From: an uncultured bacterium
GTDB lineage: Bacteria; Verrucomicrobiota; Kiritimatiellia; RFP12; UBA1067
Length of the DNA stretch: 64,000 bases
Direction: 5' to 3'
NCBI GenBank assembly: GCA_902800055.1
Contig: CADCCW010000011.1
Span: forward strand, 2,270 to 66,269
Part shown: piece by piece, positions 1 through 7,633 of the stretch
Numbering within the stretch: the stretch's first letter is position 1
Layout: every line of letters starts with the position of its first letter
Program-made: the position numbers and the translations under genes
The notes under the pieces: model-generated
Databases searched by the model: none
What the model saw: only the letters and a program-made list of their open reading frames with translations
Told to the model about the DNA's origin: nothing

Positions 1-34
1 CTGCCGCGAAAGCCAACACGGAGCGCGGCAAAAA

Positions 35-43
35 TGGTATAAT
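35..43 (+). promoter_or_regulatory. Extended -10 box TGGTATAAT, 7 nt upstream of the ATG at 51
   Basis: Exact TGGTATAAT. The same box recurs in front of many genes in this window at a similar distance. Confidence 0.6.
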
Positions 44-50
44 TCACGCG

Positions 51-233
51 ATGAAACCCCATGCCAAGTCTGCGCTTTCCCTCGCCCTCGCCATCGTGGG
101 CGGAATTGCGGCTGGCATGCGCTGTGACGCGTCCGTGACGGTGGAAAACTCGTCGCAATACAACCCGCGTGTCGCAGCATATACAGTAAAAACATATACA
201 GCAGGGTCCGACCCTTTTGATGCTAATATCTGA
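51..233 (+). CDS. Small (60 aa) putative secreted protein, copy 1 of a duplicated unit; could instead be a non-coding RNA
   Basis: ORF MKPHAKSALSLALAIVGGIAAGMRC... has a hydrophobic signal-like N-terminus. The ATG lies 7 nt after the -10 box. A paralogue sits at 1496-1717. A hairpin plus T-run lies inside the 3' end of the ORF, which weakens the coding call. Confidence 0.45.
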   Translation: MKPHAKSALSLALAIVGGIAAGMRCDASVTVENSSQYNPRVAAYTVKTYTAGSDPFDANI

Positions 234-265
234 TATTGAAGCTGTAATGGAAGGATTTAATTCAG

Positions 266-682
266 ATGGAGCAAATTGCTATGAAAAATATATACCATCA
301 GAATGCAAGCTTAAGACATCAAAGTAGCGGAATGTACTTTAAGCCGCATGTAAGAATCGCAGTGTTGATTGCGATTTTAGTGCTACTCATGCTGATTTTC
401 AGATTGCTTTGCCCATTAAGATCATCTTATTATAATATGAAAAAGGGGATGAATATTGTCAATGTAATGGCCTTATTTCCTAAATGGACTTTGGCGAATG
501 CAAATCTTTGGCAGTCTCGCGACCTGTGGGTATTGGATATCACCAATGATTCGATGCTTGTGCGGATCATCCCTGGGTCACATGAGCACATATGTTGCTA
601 TTTTAACAAATCGCTAAAACTTGAAAAGGCATGCTATGTACCAGAGTGTGGCGGTATGAAGGATGATTTGAATTCAAAGTAG
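266..682 (+). CDS. Hypothetical single-pass membrane protein with a Cys-rich C-terminal part, in an AT-rich island
   Basis: 138-aa ORF with a TM segment IAVLIAILVLLMLIF. Composition is strikingly AT-rich relative to the rest of the window. No recognisable motif; the start codon is uncertain. Confidence 0.4.
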   Translation: MEQIAMKNIYHQNASLRHQSSGMYFKPHVRIAVLIAILVLLMLIFRLLCPLRSSYYNMKKGMNIVNVMALFPKWTLANANLWQSRDLWVLDITNDSMLVRIIPGSHEHICCYFNKSLKLEKACYVPECGGMKDDLNSK

Positions 683-707
683 CATTGCCGTGAGACCGAG
701 CAACACC

Positions 708-830
708 ATGCGCTCCACTGCGCCGTTCGCCGTTTCCGCCGCGCCGGCGGAGGCAGGGCAGGACTTGAACACTGTCTCTGCATATACAGTAAAACATATA
801 CAGAAGGGTCTGACCTTTTTGTTCCTATGA
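708..830 (+). other. Degenerate third copy (3' module only) of the small-protein unit, as a 40-codon mini-ORF
   Basis: A GC-rich patch within the AT-rich island. It ends with gcatatacagtaaaacatatacagaagggtctgaccttttt, matching 177-219 and 1622-1664 apart from a 1-nt deletion that shifts the frame. No TGGTATAAT box lies upstream. Confidence 0.4.
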
Positions 831-853
831 TTGGACCGGGCTTCTGATGCGTT

Positions 854-1198
854 ATGGGGATTATAATGAGTGAGGGGAAAATGCTTGCCTTGTTTGTCCT
901 AACAATCTTGTTTGTATCGTTAAAATTCAGGATATATGGGACTGGTTTGGTTGTTATAGTTCTTTTCTTTATCGTTTCTGCTGGAAGCGTTGAGAGGAGC
1001 CCACTCTATGGACTTGCTGTGGTTGCCGCTCTGTCAATTTTGTTTCAGCGGCTTTCTGTGCGCGAGATGAAAGCTGGACGTTTCATGCCAGATAGAAATG
1101 AACATCCTATTCGTGCGAGTGTTGTTCGCTGGGTGCTAATCATAGGCATTGCTTGCCGTATAATGATTACATTCTTAGAAAGACTTGGGTATTGGTAA
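854..1198 (+). CDS. Hypothetical small polytopic membrane protein (3-4 TM), AT-rich
   Basis: 114-aa ORF with hydrophobic stretches LALFVLTILFVSL, LVVIVLFFIVSAG, LAVVAALSILF and VVRWVLIIGIACRIMI. AT-rich composition; alternative ATGs at 866 and 881. Confidence 0.4.
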   Translation: MGIIMSEGKMLALFVLTILFVSLKFRIYGTGLVVIVLFFIVSAGSVERSPLYGLAVVAALSILFQRLSVREMKAGRFMPDRNEHPIRASVVRWVLIIGIACRIMITFLERLGYW

Positions 1199-1271
1199 AC
1201 GGATCTTCTCAGATTATAATAAATAGGGACAAAAGGGTCAGCAACATGCTTGGAGGAATGTGGCTGGATTT

Positions 1272-1385
1272 CGCGGCACCTTGCGCGGCAGTTTGCGCGG
1301 CGGTTAAACAGGTTGAAAAGTTGGGCTACGCCGGTTGAAAAGTTGAAAGGCCGCGGCACCTTGCGCGGCGGTTTGCGTGGCAGTT
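1272..1385. repeat. Two ~34-nt direct repeats (1272-1305 and 1352-1385) flanking GGTTGAAAAGTTG(AAAGG) repeats
   Basis: cgcggcaccttgcgcggcagtttgcgcggcggtt versus cgcggcaccttgcgcggcggtttgcgtggcagtt. ggttgaaaagttg occurs at 1311-1323 and 1333-1350. Confidence 0.7.
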
Positions 1386-1479
1386 TTGATTAACACGCGG
1401 ATTTGTTCGCGTCTAACGACGCTCACCTTTCAGAGCGGCAGAAATCTGCCGAGAAAGCCAACACGGAGCGGGGCAAAAA

Positions 1480-1488
1480 TGGTATAAT
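1480..1488 (+). promoter_or_regulatory. Extended -10 box TGGTATAAT, 7 nt upstream of the ATG at 1496
   Basis: Exact motif; the flanks are near-identical to 1-50. Confidence 0.6.
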
Positions 1489-1495
1489 TCACGCG

Positions 1496-1717
1496 ATGAA
1501 CAACCGTGACAAGACCGCGCTTTCCTTCGCCCTCGCCATCGTGGGCGGAATCGCGGCTGGCATGCGCTGTGACGCGTCCGTGACGGTGGAAAACTCGTCG
1601 CAGATCAACCCGCGTGTCGCAGCATATACAGTAAAAACATATACAGAAGGGGTCGGCCCTTTTGATGCTGCGCACTATAACCTTGATGTCATATTGGCAG
1701 TTGGCATGAGGGTGTAA
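1496..1717 (+). CDS. Small (73 aa) putative secreted protein, copy 2 of the duplicated unit
   Basis: MNNRDKTALSFALAIVGGIAAGMRCDASVTVENSSQINPRVAAYTVKTYT..., roughly 90% nt identity to 1-226 by hand alignment. The C-terminal tail diverges after the hairpin and T-run. Confidence 0.45.
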   Translation: MNNRDKTALSFALAIVGGIAAGMRCDASVTVENSSQINPRVAAYTVKTYTEGVGPFDAAHYNLDVILAVGMRV

Positions 1718-1749
1718 AGACGAAAATGGCAAGAAAGGAGATTGAAGAC

Positions 1750-3858
1750 ATGAGGAAAATGCTGCTGACAGTCGTGGCGGGGGCGGGGCTCGCGTGCGCC
1801 TTCGCCGAAGTGAAGCTCGCCACGCCTTTTGCGGACGGCATGGTTCTCCAGCGCGACGCGAAGACCGCCGTCTGGGGAACTGCCGACGCGGGCGAAAGGG
1901 TGACCGTCTCGTTTGCGGGGCAGAGCGTGTCGGCGACTGCGGACGCGGAGGGGCGGTGGCTCGTCCGCCTCGCGCCGATGGCCGCCTCGAAGGAAGGACG
2001 GACGCTCAGGGCGAACGGCGTCGAGGTCAAGGACGTGCTTGTCGGTGAAGTTTGGTTCTGCTGCGGACAGTCCAACACCGACATGCCGCTCGTCTTCGGC
2101 AATCCGCACTACCGTGACCGCGAGGGCATCCTCCTCGCCGGAATCACGAACCTCAAGACCGTGCGCTGCGTGTTCGCGAGCGACTACAGGGGAAGCGCGA
2201 CGCCTCGGCGCGAGGCGACTTATCCGGTCGCCTGGCGGCCGTTCACGCCGGAGAATCTCGGCAACCCCCCGAGCTTCTCCGCCATGGGGGTTTATTTCGC
2301 CATCGCGCTCCACAGCGCGCTCGACGTCCCGATTGGGATCGTAGGCTCCTACTGCGGCGGCTCGAACATCGACGCCTGGACGCCGCGCGCGGGCTATGTC
2401 GGTGCGCCGGAATCCATTCGCGAGACGGCGGAGTTCCCGGTCGTCGAGATGAACGCATGGACTAACACCATGGCGAGGGGGCCGATCTTTAATGCGATGC
2501 AGCAGCCGACCGTACTGTGGAACGAGATGGTCGAGCCGTGGTGTCCGATGACCATGAAGGGCTTCATCTGGTACCAGGGCTGCACGAACAGGAACGAGCC
2601 CGAGCGCTACTGCGACAAGATGCACGCGCTCTACAAGGGGTGGTCGGCGAAGTTCGAGAACCCCGGACTCAAGCTCTACTTCGTGCAGCTTGCGCCATGG
2701 AGCCAGGACATAACGGGCATCCAGCTCGCGCAGGCGAAGTTCGCGGCCGAGGAGCCGAACGCCGGGATGGTCGTCACGGCCGACATTGGAAACAACTGCG
2801 ACATCCACCCGGCGGACAAGGGGCCGATCGGGCGACGCCTTGCCGCGCTTGCGCTCCGGCGCGACTACGGCTTCGATTCGCTTGTCGCCGATTCGCCGAC
2901 GATCCGCGAGGTGCATGCGGACGGTGACAGCCTCGTCCTTTCGTTCGACAACGCCGAGGGATGGTACGTGTACAACGCGGACTGGGGCGCCTCGGTCCCG
3001 TTTGAGGTCGCCGGCGCCGACGGCGACTTCCGCCCTGCGAGGCTCGTCAACCTCAACGACGGAACGCGCGAGGCGGTCGCCTACAAGACGACCGGCGTGG
3101 TCAAGGGCAGGGAGCTGATTCTGAAGTCCGACGCCGTTTCCGCTCCGCGGCGCGTGCGCTATCTCTTCCAGCGGCCCTGGACCGGCAACGTCTTCTCCTC
3201 GTCCGGGCTTCCGCTCGGCCCGTTCGAGGCTTCGGTTGACGACTATTCCGGGCGCAGGGGCTTCGTGTACATCGCGGAGGCGGTGCCGGACGTGATCCAG
3301 GAGATCCGCTACTACTCGACCTACAACTTCGTCGGCGACCGCATCGACGGCTACGAGCGCCCCTGCGCGCTGATCACCAAGGAGGCGGCCGCGGCGCTCA
3401 AGGCGGCAAGCAACGACTGCGTCCGCCGCGGCTACCGGCTCAAGATCTACGACGCCTATCGTCCGCAGCGCGCCGTCAGCCACTTCATGCGCTGGGCGAA
3501 GGACACGTCCGACGCCCGGATGAAGGCGCCGTTCTACCCCAACCTGGACAAGTCCGTCCTCTTCGCACAGGGCTACATCGCCGAGAAGTCCGGTCACAGC
3601 CGCGGCAGTACGGTGGACCTCACGCTTTTCGACGCGAAGACCGGCAAGGAGGTCGACATGGGCGGAACCTTCGACTGGTTCGGCGCGGAGTCGCATCCCG
3701 ACTACAAGGGCATAACGAAGCAGCAGTTCGCGAACCGCATGCTGCTCCGTGAAATCATGCTCGCCCATGGGTTCAAGCCGCTCGCGGAGGAGTGGTGGCA
3801 CTTCACCCTCGCCAACGAGCCCTACCCGGACACCTACTTCGACTTCCCGGTAAAGTAG
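1750..3858 (+). CDS. Secreted fusion protein: sialate O-acetylesterase-family (SASA/SGNH-like) domain plus a C-terminal VanX/DdpX-type D-Ala-D-Ala dipeptidase domain
   Basis: Signal peptide MRKMLLTVVAGAGLACAFA follows an AGGAG RBS. GQSN motif (CCGQSNTDMP) with paralogy to 7623-9203. The C-terminus carries SGHSRGSTVDLTL and EEWWHF, the Zn-ligand motifs of M15D VanX-like peptidases. Confidence 0.7.
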   Translation: MRKMLLTVVAGAGLACAFAEVKLATPFADGMVLQRDAKTAVWGTADAGERVTVSFAGQSVSATADAEGRWLVRLAPMAASKEGRTLRANGVEVKDVLVGEVWFCCGQSNTDMPLVFGNPHYRDREGILLAGITNLKTVRCVFASDYRGSATPRREATYPVAWRPFTPENLGNPPSFSAMGVYFAIALHSALDVPIGIVGSYCGGSNIDAWTPRAGYVGAPESIRETAEFPVVEMNAWTNTMARGPIFNAMQQPTVLWNEMVEPWCPMTMKGFIWYQGCTNRNEPERYCDKMHALYKGWSAKFENPGLKLYFVQLAPWSQDITGIQLAQAKFAAEEPNAGMVVTADIGNNCDIHPADKGPIGRRLAALALRRDYGFDSLVADSPTIREVHADGDSLVLSFDNAEGWYVYNADWGASVPFEVAGADGDFRPARLVNLNDGTREAVAYKTTGVVKGRELILKSDAVSAPRRVRYLFQRPWTGNVFSSSGLPLGPFEASVDDYSGRRGFVYIAEAVPDVIQEIRYYSTYNFVGDRIDGYERPCALITKEAAAALKAASNDCVRRGYRLKIYDAYRPQRAVSHFMRWAKDTSDARMKAPFYPNLDKSVLFAQGYIAEKSGHSRGSTVDLTLFDAKTGKEVDMGGTFDWFGAESHPDYKGITKQQFANRMLLREIMLAHGFKPLAEEWWHFTLANEPYPDTYFDFPVK

Positions 3859-3864
3859 AAAAAT

Positions 3865-3873
3865 TGGTATAAT
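3865..3873 (+). promoter_or_regulatory. Extended -10 box TGGTATAAT, 9 nt upstream of the queC ATG
   Basis: Exact motif in aaaattggtataatacgcccgctATG. Confidence 0.6.
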
Positions 3874-3882
3874 ACGCCCGCT

Positions 3883-4563
3883 ATGAGAAAAGGGAAAGGA
3901 AAGGATGCCGCGGTGAAGGCGGTGGTGGTGCTGTCGGGCGGACAGGACTCCGCGCTCTGCCTTGCGCTTGCCGTGCGCAGGTTCGGCGCTGACGCGGTCG
4001 CCGCCATCACCTTCGCCTACGGCCAGCGGCACGCGGTGGAGACGAAGTACGCGCGCCGGCTCGCGAAGCGCTTCGGCGTCCGGCGACACAAGGTGGTTCG
4101 GCTCGGCTTCTTCGGCGAGCTCACCACCAACGCGCTCCTCGACCACAGCGTGAAGATCTGCCGTCGGAAGGGCGCGAAGTGCCCGACGACCGTCGTCGAG
4201 GGGCGCAACGCCGTATTCCTCCAGCTTGCGGCGGTGTGGGCCAAGACCCTCGGCGCAGCCGAGGTGCACATCGGCGTGAGCGAGGCGGACTTCTCCGGCT
4301 ACCCGGACTGCCGCGGCGCCTTCCTGCGCGCGCAGGAGCGCGCGATGCGCCTCGCCCTCGACTGGCCCGTCCGCGTCGTCGCGCCGTTCCTCCACAAGAC
4401 CAAGGCCGAGGAGTGGGCGCTTGCCGACCGGCTCGGGCTTCTGGAGCTGATCCGCACCGGCACCGTTACCTGCTACAACGGCGTGCCCGGAGACGGCTGC
4501 GGCAAGTGCCCCGCCTGCCTCCTCCGCCGCCGCGGGCTCGCCGAGTACCTCGCCTCGCGATGA
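3883..4563 (+). CDS. queC: 7-cyano-7-deazaguanine synthase
   Basis: PP-loop VVVLSGGQDSALC, FAYGQRH, and a C-terminal Zn cluster CYNG...CGKCPAC. Confidence 0.85.
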   Translation: MRKGKGKDAAVKAVVVLSGGQDSALCLALAVRRFGADAVAAITFAYGQRHAVETKYARRLAKRFGVRRHKVVRLGFFGELTTNALLDHSVKICRRKGAKCPTTVVEGRNAVFLQLAAVWAKTLGAAEVHIGVSEADFSGYPDCRGAFLRAQERAMRLALDWPVRVVAPFLHKTKAEEWALADRLGLLELIRTGTVTCYNGVPGDGCGKCPACLLRRRGLAEYLASR

Positions 4564-5201
4564 ACGTCATCTACGAGGACGATGCGATACTCGTGGCGGA
4601 CAAGCCTGCCGGACAGATTGTGCATCCGGCGCCCGGGCACGAGGGCGGTGCGCTATCCGACGAGTTTGTCGCGCATTGCCCGTTCGCCGCGGCGGTCGGG
4701 TCGAAGGAGCGCCCTGGTGTCGTCCACCGCCTCGACCGCGGCACTTCCGGCGTCATCGTCCTCGCCAAGACGCAAGATGCGTACCTCGAGCTCCGCCGCC
4801 AGTTCGAGTCGCACCGCGATGTCCGCAAGACATATCTCGCCGTCTGCCACGGCGCGCCGCGTCCAGCGAAGGGCGTGGTTGACCAGCCGGTCGGACGCGA
4901 CCGCCGGCGCGCGGTGAGCAGTTACGAGGTGCTGGCGAGGTCGGGGCCGCTTGCGCTTGTTCGATTCGACATCGAGACAGGTCGCCTCCACCAGGTGCGG
5001 CTGCACGCGAAGGCGCTCGGCCATCCGGTCGTCGGCGACCCGGAGCATGGCGACGCCGCGGCCGACCGCCGCCTCCGAGCCCGCCCCTCGCGGATGATGC
5101 TCCATGCGGTGGAGCTGTCGTTCCTCCACCCGACAACCCATCGCCGCGTTACCTTTGTCGCCCCGCCGCCAGCCGCCCTCTCCGCCGCGGCGCTTGCATA
5201 G
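4560..5201 (+). CDS. RluA-family pseudouridine synthase
   Basis: MNVIYEDDAILVADKPAG..., catalytic motif HRLDRGTSGVIVLAK. The start overlaps the queC stop (ATGA). Confidence 0.8.
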   Translation: MNVIYEDDAILVADKPAGQIVHPAPGHEGGALSDEFVAHCPFAAAVGSKERPGVVHRLDRGTSGVIVLAKTQDAYLELRRQFESHRDVRKTYLAVCHGAPRPAKGVVDQPVGRDRRRAVSSYEVLARSGPLALVRFDIETGRLHQVRLHAKALGHPVVGDPEHGDAAADRRLRARPSRMMLHAVELSFLHPTTHRRVTFVAPPPAALSAAALA

Positions 5202-5235
5202 TCGCGAGGCCGAACGACCTGTCGCGTTATTCCGC

Positions 5236-6159
5236 CTAAGGCAGAATCACTACCTTCGTTCCAACTGGACACATGGCATAGAGGCGCGCGGCGTTCCAGT
5301 TCGCGAGGCGGAAGCAGCCGTGCGACTCGGCGTTGCCGATTGTCGCCGGACGCGGGGTGCCGTGGATGCCGTAGCCGGGCAGGTTCAGTCCCAGCCAGGC
5401 GACGCCGATCGGCGAATTGGGTCCATCCGGCAGCACATACCGCCGCGGACGCTGCCCGGGCGGAGTGTAGTCCGGCGTGTAGGTGTAGTTTGGGTTGGCG
5501 ATCGCGGTGACGATCTTCAGGTTTCCGTGCGGTGGCAGCTTCGCCTTGTCGCGGGCGATCGAGCAGGGGAATATCGCCAGGCACTCGTTTGCCTTGCCGA
5601 AAACGCGGATCTCGAAGTTGGTGAGCGATACCTCGACACGGTCGGCGACCGGCATCCGCGCCGGCCGCTGTCCGTTCCACGACCCGAGGTAGCTTTCCAT
5701 CGGCGGAAAGTCCGGGATGACGAGCTTGAGCCCCGGCTGGACGTGCTCCCAGTCCACGCCTGGGTTCATGCGCTCCAGCGCGCGCTCCGAGAGGTGGCCG
5801 CGCTCGGCAAACATCTCCTTGATCGACTCGTAGCCGAGGCGCGCGAGCTCGGATTTCCCAGCCGGCGACTCCGGCACCTTGACGAGCGCGGCGAGGTCCG
5901 CGGCGGTTACGGTCTCGATGCGGAAGAGGTTGCCGGAGCTAGCGAAGAAGCGATTGTAGGCGGCGTCTGGCGTGGATGGGACTGCTGTGCCCGGAGTTTT
6001 CCGGTGCACGTATTCGGTGAGCGCTCGCTCGCTCTTGCGTCCCCATACCCCGTCGATGGTATTGCACGAGCAGGCCTCGCGGTCCAGACAGATCTGGAGC
6101 GCGAGCGTCTTCGTTTCGGCAAAGGCCAACGAGCAGATGACGAGTGCAGCTGAAAGCAT
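5236..6159 (-). CDS. L,D-transpeptidase (YkuD domain) with signal peptide
   Basis: HGTPRPATIGNAESHGCFRLANW (YkuD active-site motif). The start is placed at MLSAALVICSLAFA because the -10 box sits at 6169-6177; upstream in-frame ATGs exist. Confidence 0.75.
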   Translation of the reverse strand: MLSAALVICSLAFAETKTLALQICLDREACSCNTIDGVWGRKSERALTEYVHRKTPGTAVPSTPDAAYNRFFASSGNLFRIETVTAADLAALVKVPESPAGKSELARLGYESIKEMFAERGHLSERALERMNPGVDWEHVQPGLKLVIPDFPPMESYLGSWNGQRPARMPVADRVEVSLTNFEIRVFGKANECLAIFPCSIARDKAKLPPHGNLKIVTAIANPNYTYTPDYTPPGQRPRRYVLPDGPNSPIGVAWLGLNLPGYGIHGTPRPATIGNAESHGCFRLANWNAARLYAMCPVGTKVVILP

Positions 6160-6168
6160 ATAGCGCAT

Positions 6169-6177
6169 ATTATACCA
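6169..6177 (-). promoter_or_regulatory. Extended -10 box TGGTATAAT (minus strand) for the L,D-transpeptidase gene
   Basis: The plus strand reads attatacca. The ATG at 6159 lies 9 nt downstream. Confidence 0.55.
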
Positions 6178-6217
6178 AATTGTGGAGGTTGCGAGGAGTG
6201 CATCGGGTAATCCAATA

Positions 6218-6226
6218 TGGTATAAT
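6218..6226 (+). promoter_or_regulatory. Extended -10 box TGGTATAAT, 7 nt upstream of the ATG at 6234; divergent partner of the 6169-6177 box
   Basis: Exact motif in atatggtataatacgctcaATG. Confidence 0.6.
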
Positions 6227-6233
6227 ACGCTCA

Positions 6234-7139
6234 ATGGAACGCAGTGTAGAGGAAATCGGCGCGAAGATGGGCGCGCTTGGGCTGTGGGACGCGCTCGCGC
6301 CCTACAACTGGGCGGTCAAGCCCCACGGCACCGCATTCCCGTACTTCTGCACGGTCATCAAGGGCGGGGAGGCGGCGGTGAAGGTGCGCTTCCTGATGCT
6401 CGAGGGCTGGAATACGCTCCACGACTTCGTGCGCATGCGCGCCGACCGCGCCTTCGGGGTGGTGAGCTCGCCGATCGAGCTTCCGCACTACGAGCTCGTG
6501 GTCCTCGCCGCCGGCGACATGAAGCTCTTCCGCCACGACCCCGGCTACATGCCCCAGGAGGCCGTCGGACCTGGACGCGACATCGCCGCGAAGATCCTCT
6601 GGGAGGCGTACGGGGTGATGCTTCGGGTGGAGTCCGACCCCAAGCTGCCGATGCGCTTTGCGGACGAGAAGTCGGTCTTCGCCAGGGTCGAGGACAAATC
6701 CGGTACCTGGCGCGACGAGCCGCTGGTCATTCCCGATCCGCCGCCATACGTCGAGCGCATTTCCTTCCGCACCGATGACGTGAAGAAGGCGAAGGACCTG
6801 CCGATTGTCTCCACCGACGTCCTGGACGTCGACTTCCGGCTCGTCCCGGGCGTGATGACCCGCGATGCGCGTCCGCGCTGCGTGTACGAGCTGGTGGCGG
6901 TGGATCCGGTCTCCCGGACGCGCGTCGTCGGCGCCCGCACCTCGATCGTGCCCGAGGCGGGACTGAAGGCGATGTGGGAGTCGATGCCGCAGCAGCTGCT
7001 CTCGCAGTTCCTTGCGCGTGGGCGCGTGCCCGGGCGCATCCGCGTCACTTCTCGGCGCGTGTTCCGCTTCATCCGTCCGCTCGGCATGGAACTGCCGTTC
7101 CGGCTTTCCCTCCACGAATCACTCCCCGACCTCGCATGA
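6234..7139 (+). CDS. Hypothetical protein (about 300 aa) of unknown function
   Basis: Long ORF with native GC-rich composition. It has a leaderless-type start, and its stop overlaps the ispF start. No motif recognised. Confidence 0.6.
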   Translation: MERSVEEIGAKMGALGLWDALAPYNWAVKPHGTAFPYFCTVIKGGEAAVKVRFLMLEGWNTLHDFVRMRADRAFGVVSSPIELPHYELVVLAAGDMKLFRHDPGYMPQEAVGPGRDIAAKILWEAYGVMLRVESDPKLPMRFADEKSVFARVEDKSGTWRDEPLVIPDPPPYVERISFRTDDVKKAKDLPIVSTDVLDVDFRLVPGVMTRDARPRCVYELVAVDPVSRTRVVGARTSIVPEAGLKAMWESMPQQLLSQFLARGRVPGRIRVTSRRVFRFIRPLGMELPFRLSLHESLPDLA

Positions 7140-7633
7140 ACAACTTCCGCATTGGCTACGGCTACGACTCCCACCGCTTCGAACCGGGCCGCCGACTCGT
7201 GCTCGGCGGAGTGGAGTTCCCCGGTGAAACCGGGCTCAGGGGACACTCCGACGCCGATGCGCTCCTCCACGCCGTCATCGACGCGCTGCTCGGCGCGGCG
7301 GCGATGGGCGACATCGGCGCGCGCTATCCCGACACCGATCCGCGCTGGAAAGACGCCGATTCCGCCTCGCTCCTGGCGGACGTCGCGCGCGACCTCGCCG
7401 CCGCGGGCTGGAGCATCGCCAACGTCGACGCGACGGTAATCTGCGAAAGGCCTAAGCTGCGCCCAAAGGTGGATGCGATCCGCGCGCGGATTGCGGATAT
7501 CCTTGGGCTCGACGCCTCGGCGGTGTCGGTGAAGGGGAAGACTAACGAGGGCATGGACGCAACCGGCGCCGGGCTCGGCGTGGTCTGCCACGCCGTCGCG
7601 CTTTTAACGAGAAAGGAAAAAGATGAACACTAA
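7136..7633 (+). CDS. ispF: 2-C-methyl-D-erythritol 2,4-cyclodiphosphate synthase
   Basis: MNNFRIGYGYDSHRF..., GHSDADALLHAVIDALLGA, and ERPKL. Confidence 0.9.
   Translation: MNNFRIGYGYDSHRFEPGRRLVLGGVEFPGETGLRGHSDADALLHAVIDALLGAAAMGDIGARYPDTDPRWKDADSASLLADVARDLAAAGWSIANVDATVICERPKLRPKVDAIRARIADILGLDASAVSVKGKTNEGMDATGAGLGVVCHAVALLTRKEKDEH

Noticed and set aside
603-797. A 64-aa minus-strand ORF and other 60-100 aa ORFs inside the AT-rich island (1045-1359(-) and 1153-1338(+)).
   Set aside because: They overlap the better-supported plus-strand membrane ORFs or the GC-rich repeat DNA, have no start context, and have implausible composition.
177-1664. The repeated 3' modules separating compositionally foreign ORFs as integron attC sites (a gene-cassette array).
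   Set aside because: No RYYYAAC/GTTRRRY core sites, no extended imperfect palindrome of attC type and no intI integrase are visible. The module looks more like a direct repeat plus a small hairpin.
3860-3883. A preQ1 riboswitch upstream of queC.
   Set aside because: Only about 9 nt separate the -10 box from the ATG, which leaves no room for an aptamer.
1675-4395. Very long antisense or alternative-frame ORFs. Examples: 1675-4395(-) 906 aa, 37474-40575(-) 1033 aa, 40694-42397(-), 42983-44524(-), 45021-46553(-), 57090-59669(+) 859 aa, 26869-28143(-), 13679-14983(-) and 11829-13157(-).
   Set aside because: They are Arg/Ala/Gly/Pro-rich low-complexity translations lying opposite genes with unmistakable catalytic motifs (queC, acrB-like, cpaF, potA, guaB, lepB, fabF, hisD). 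Stop-codon depletion in GC-rich DNA explains them.
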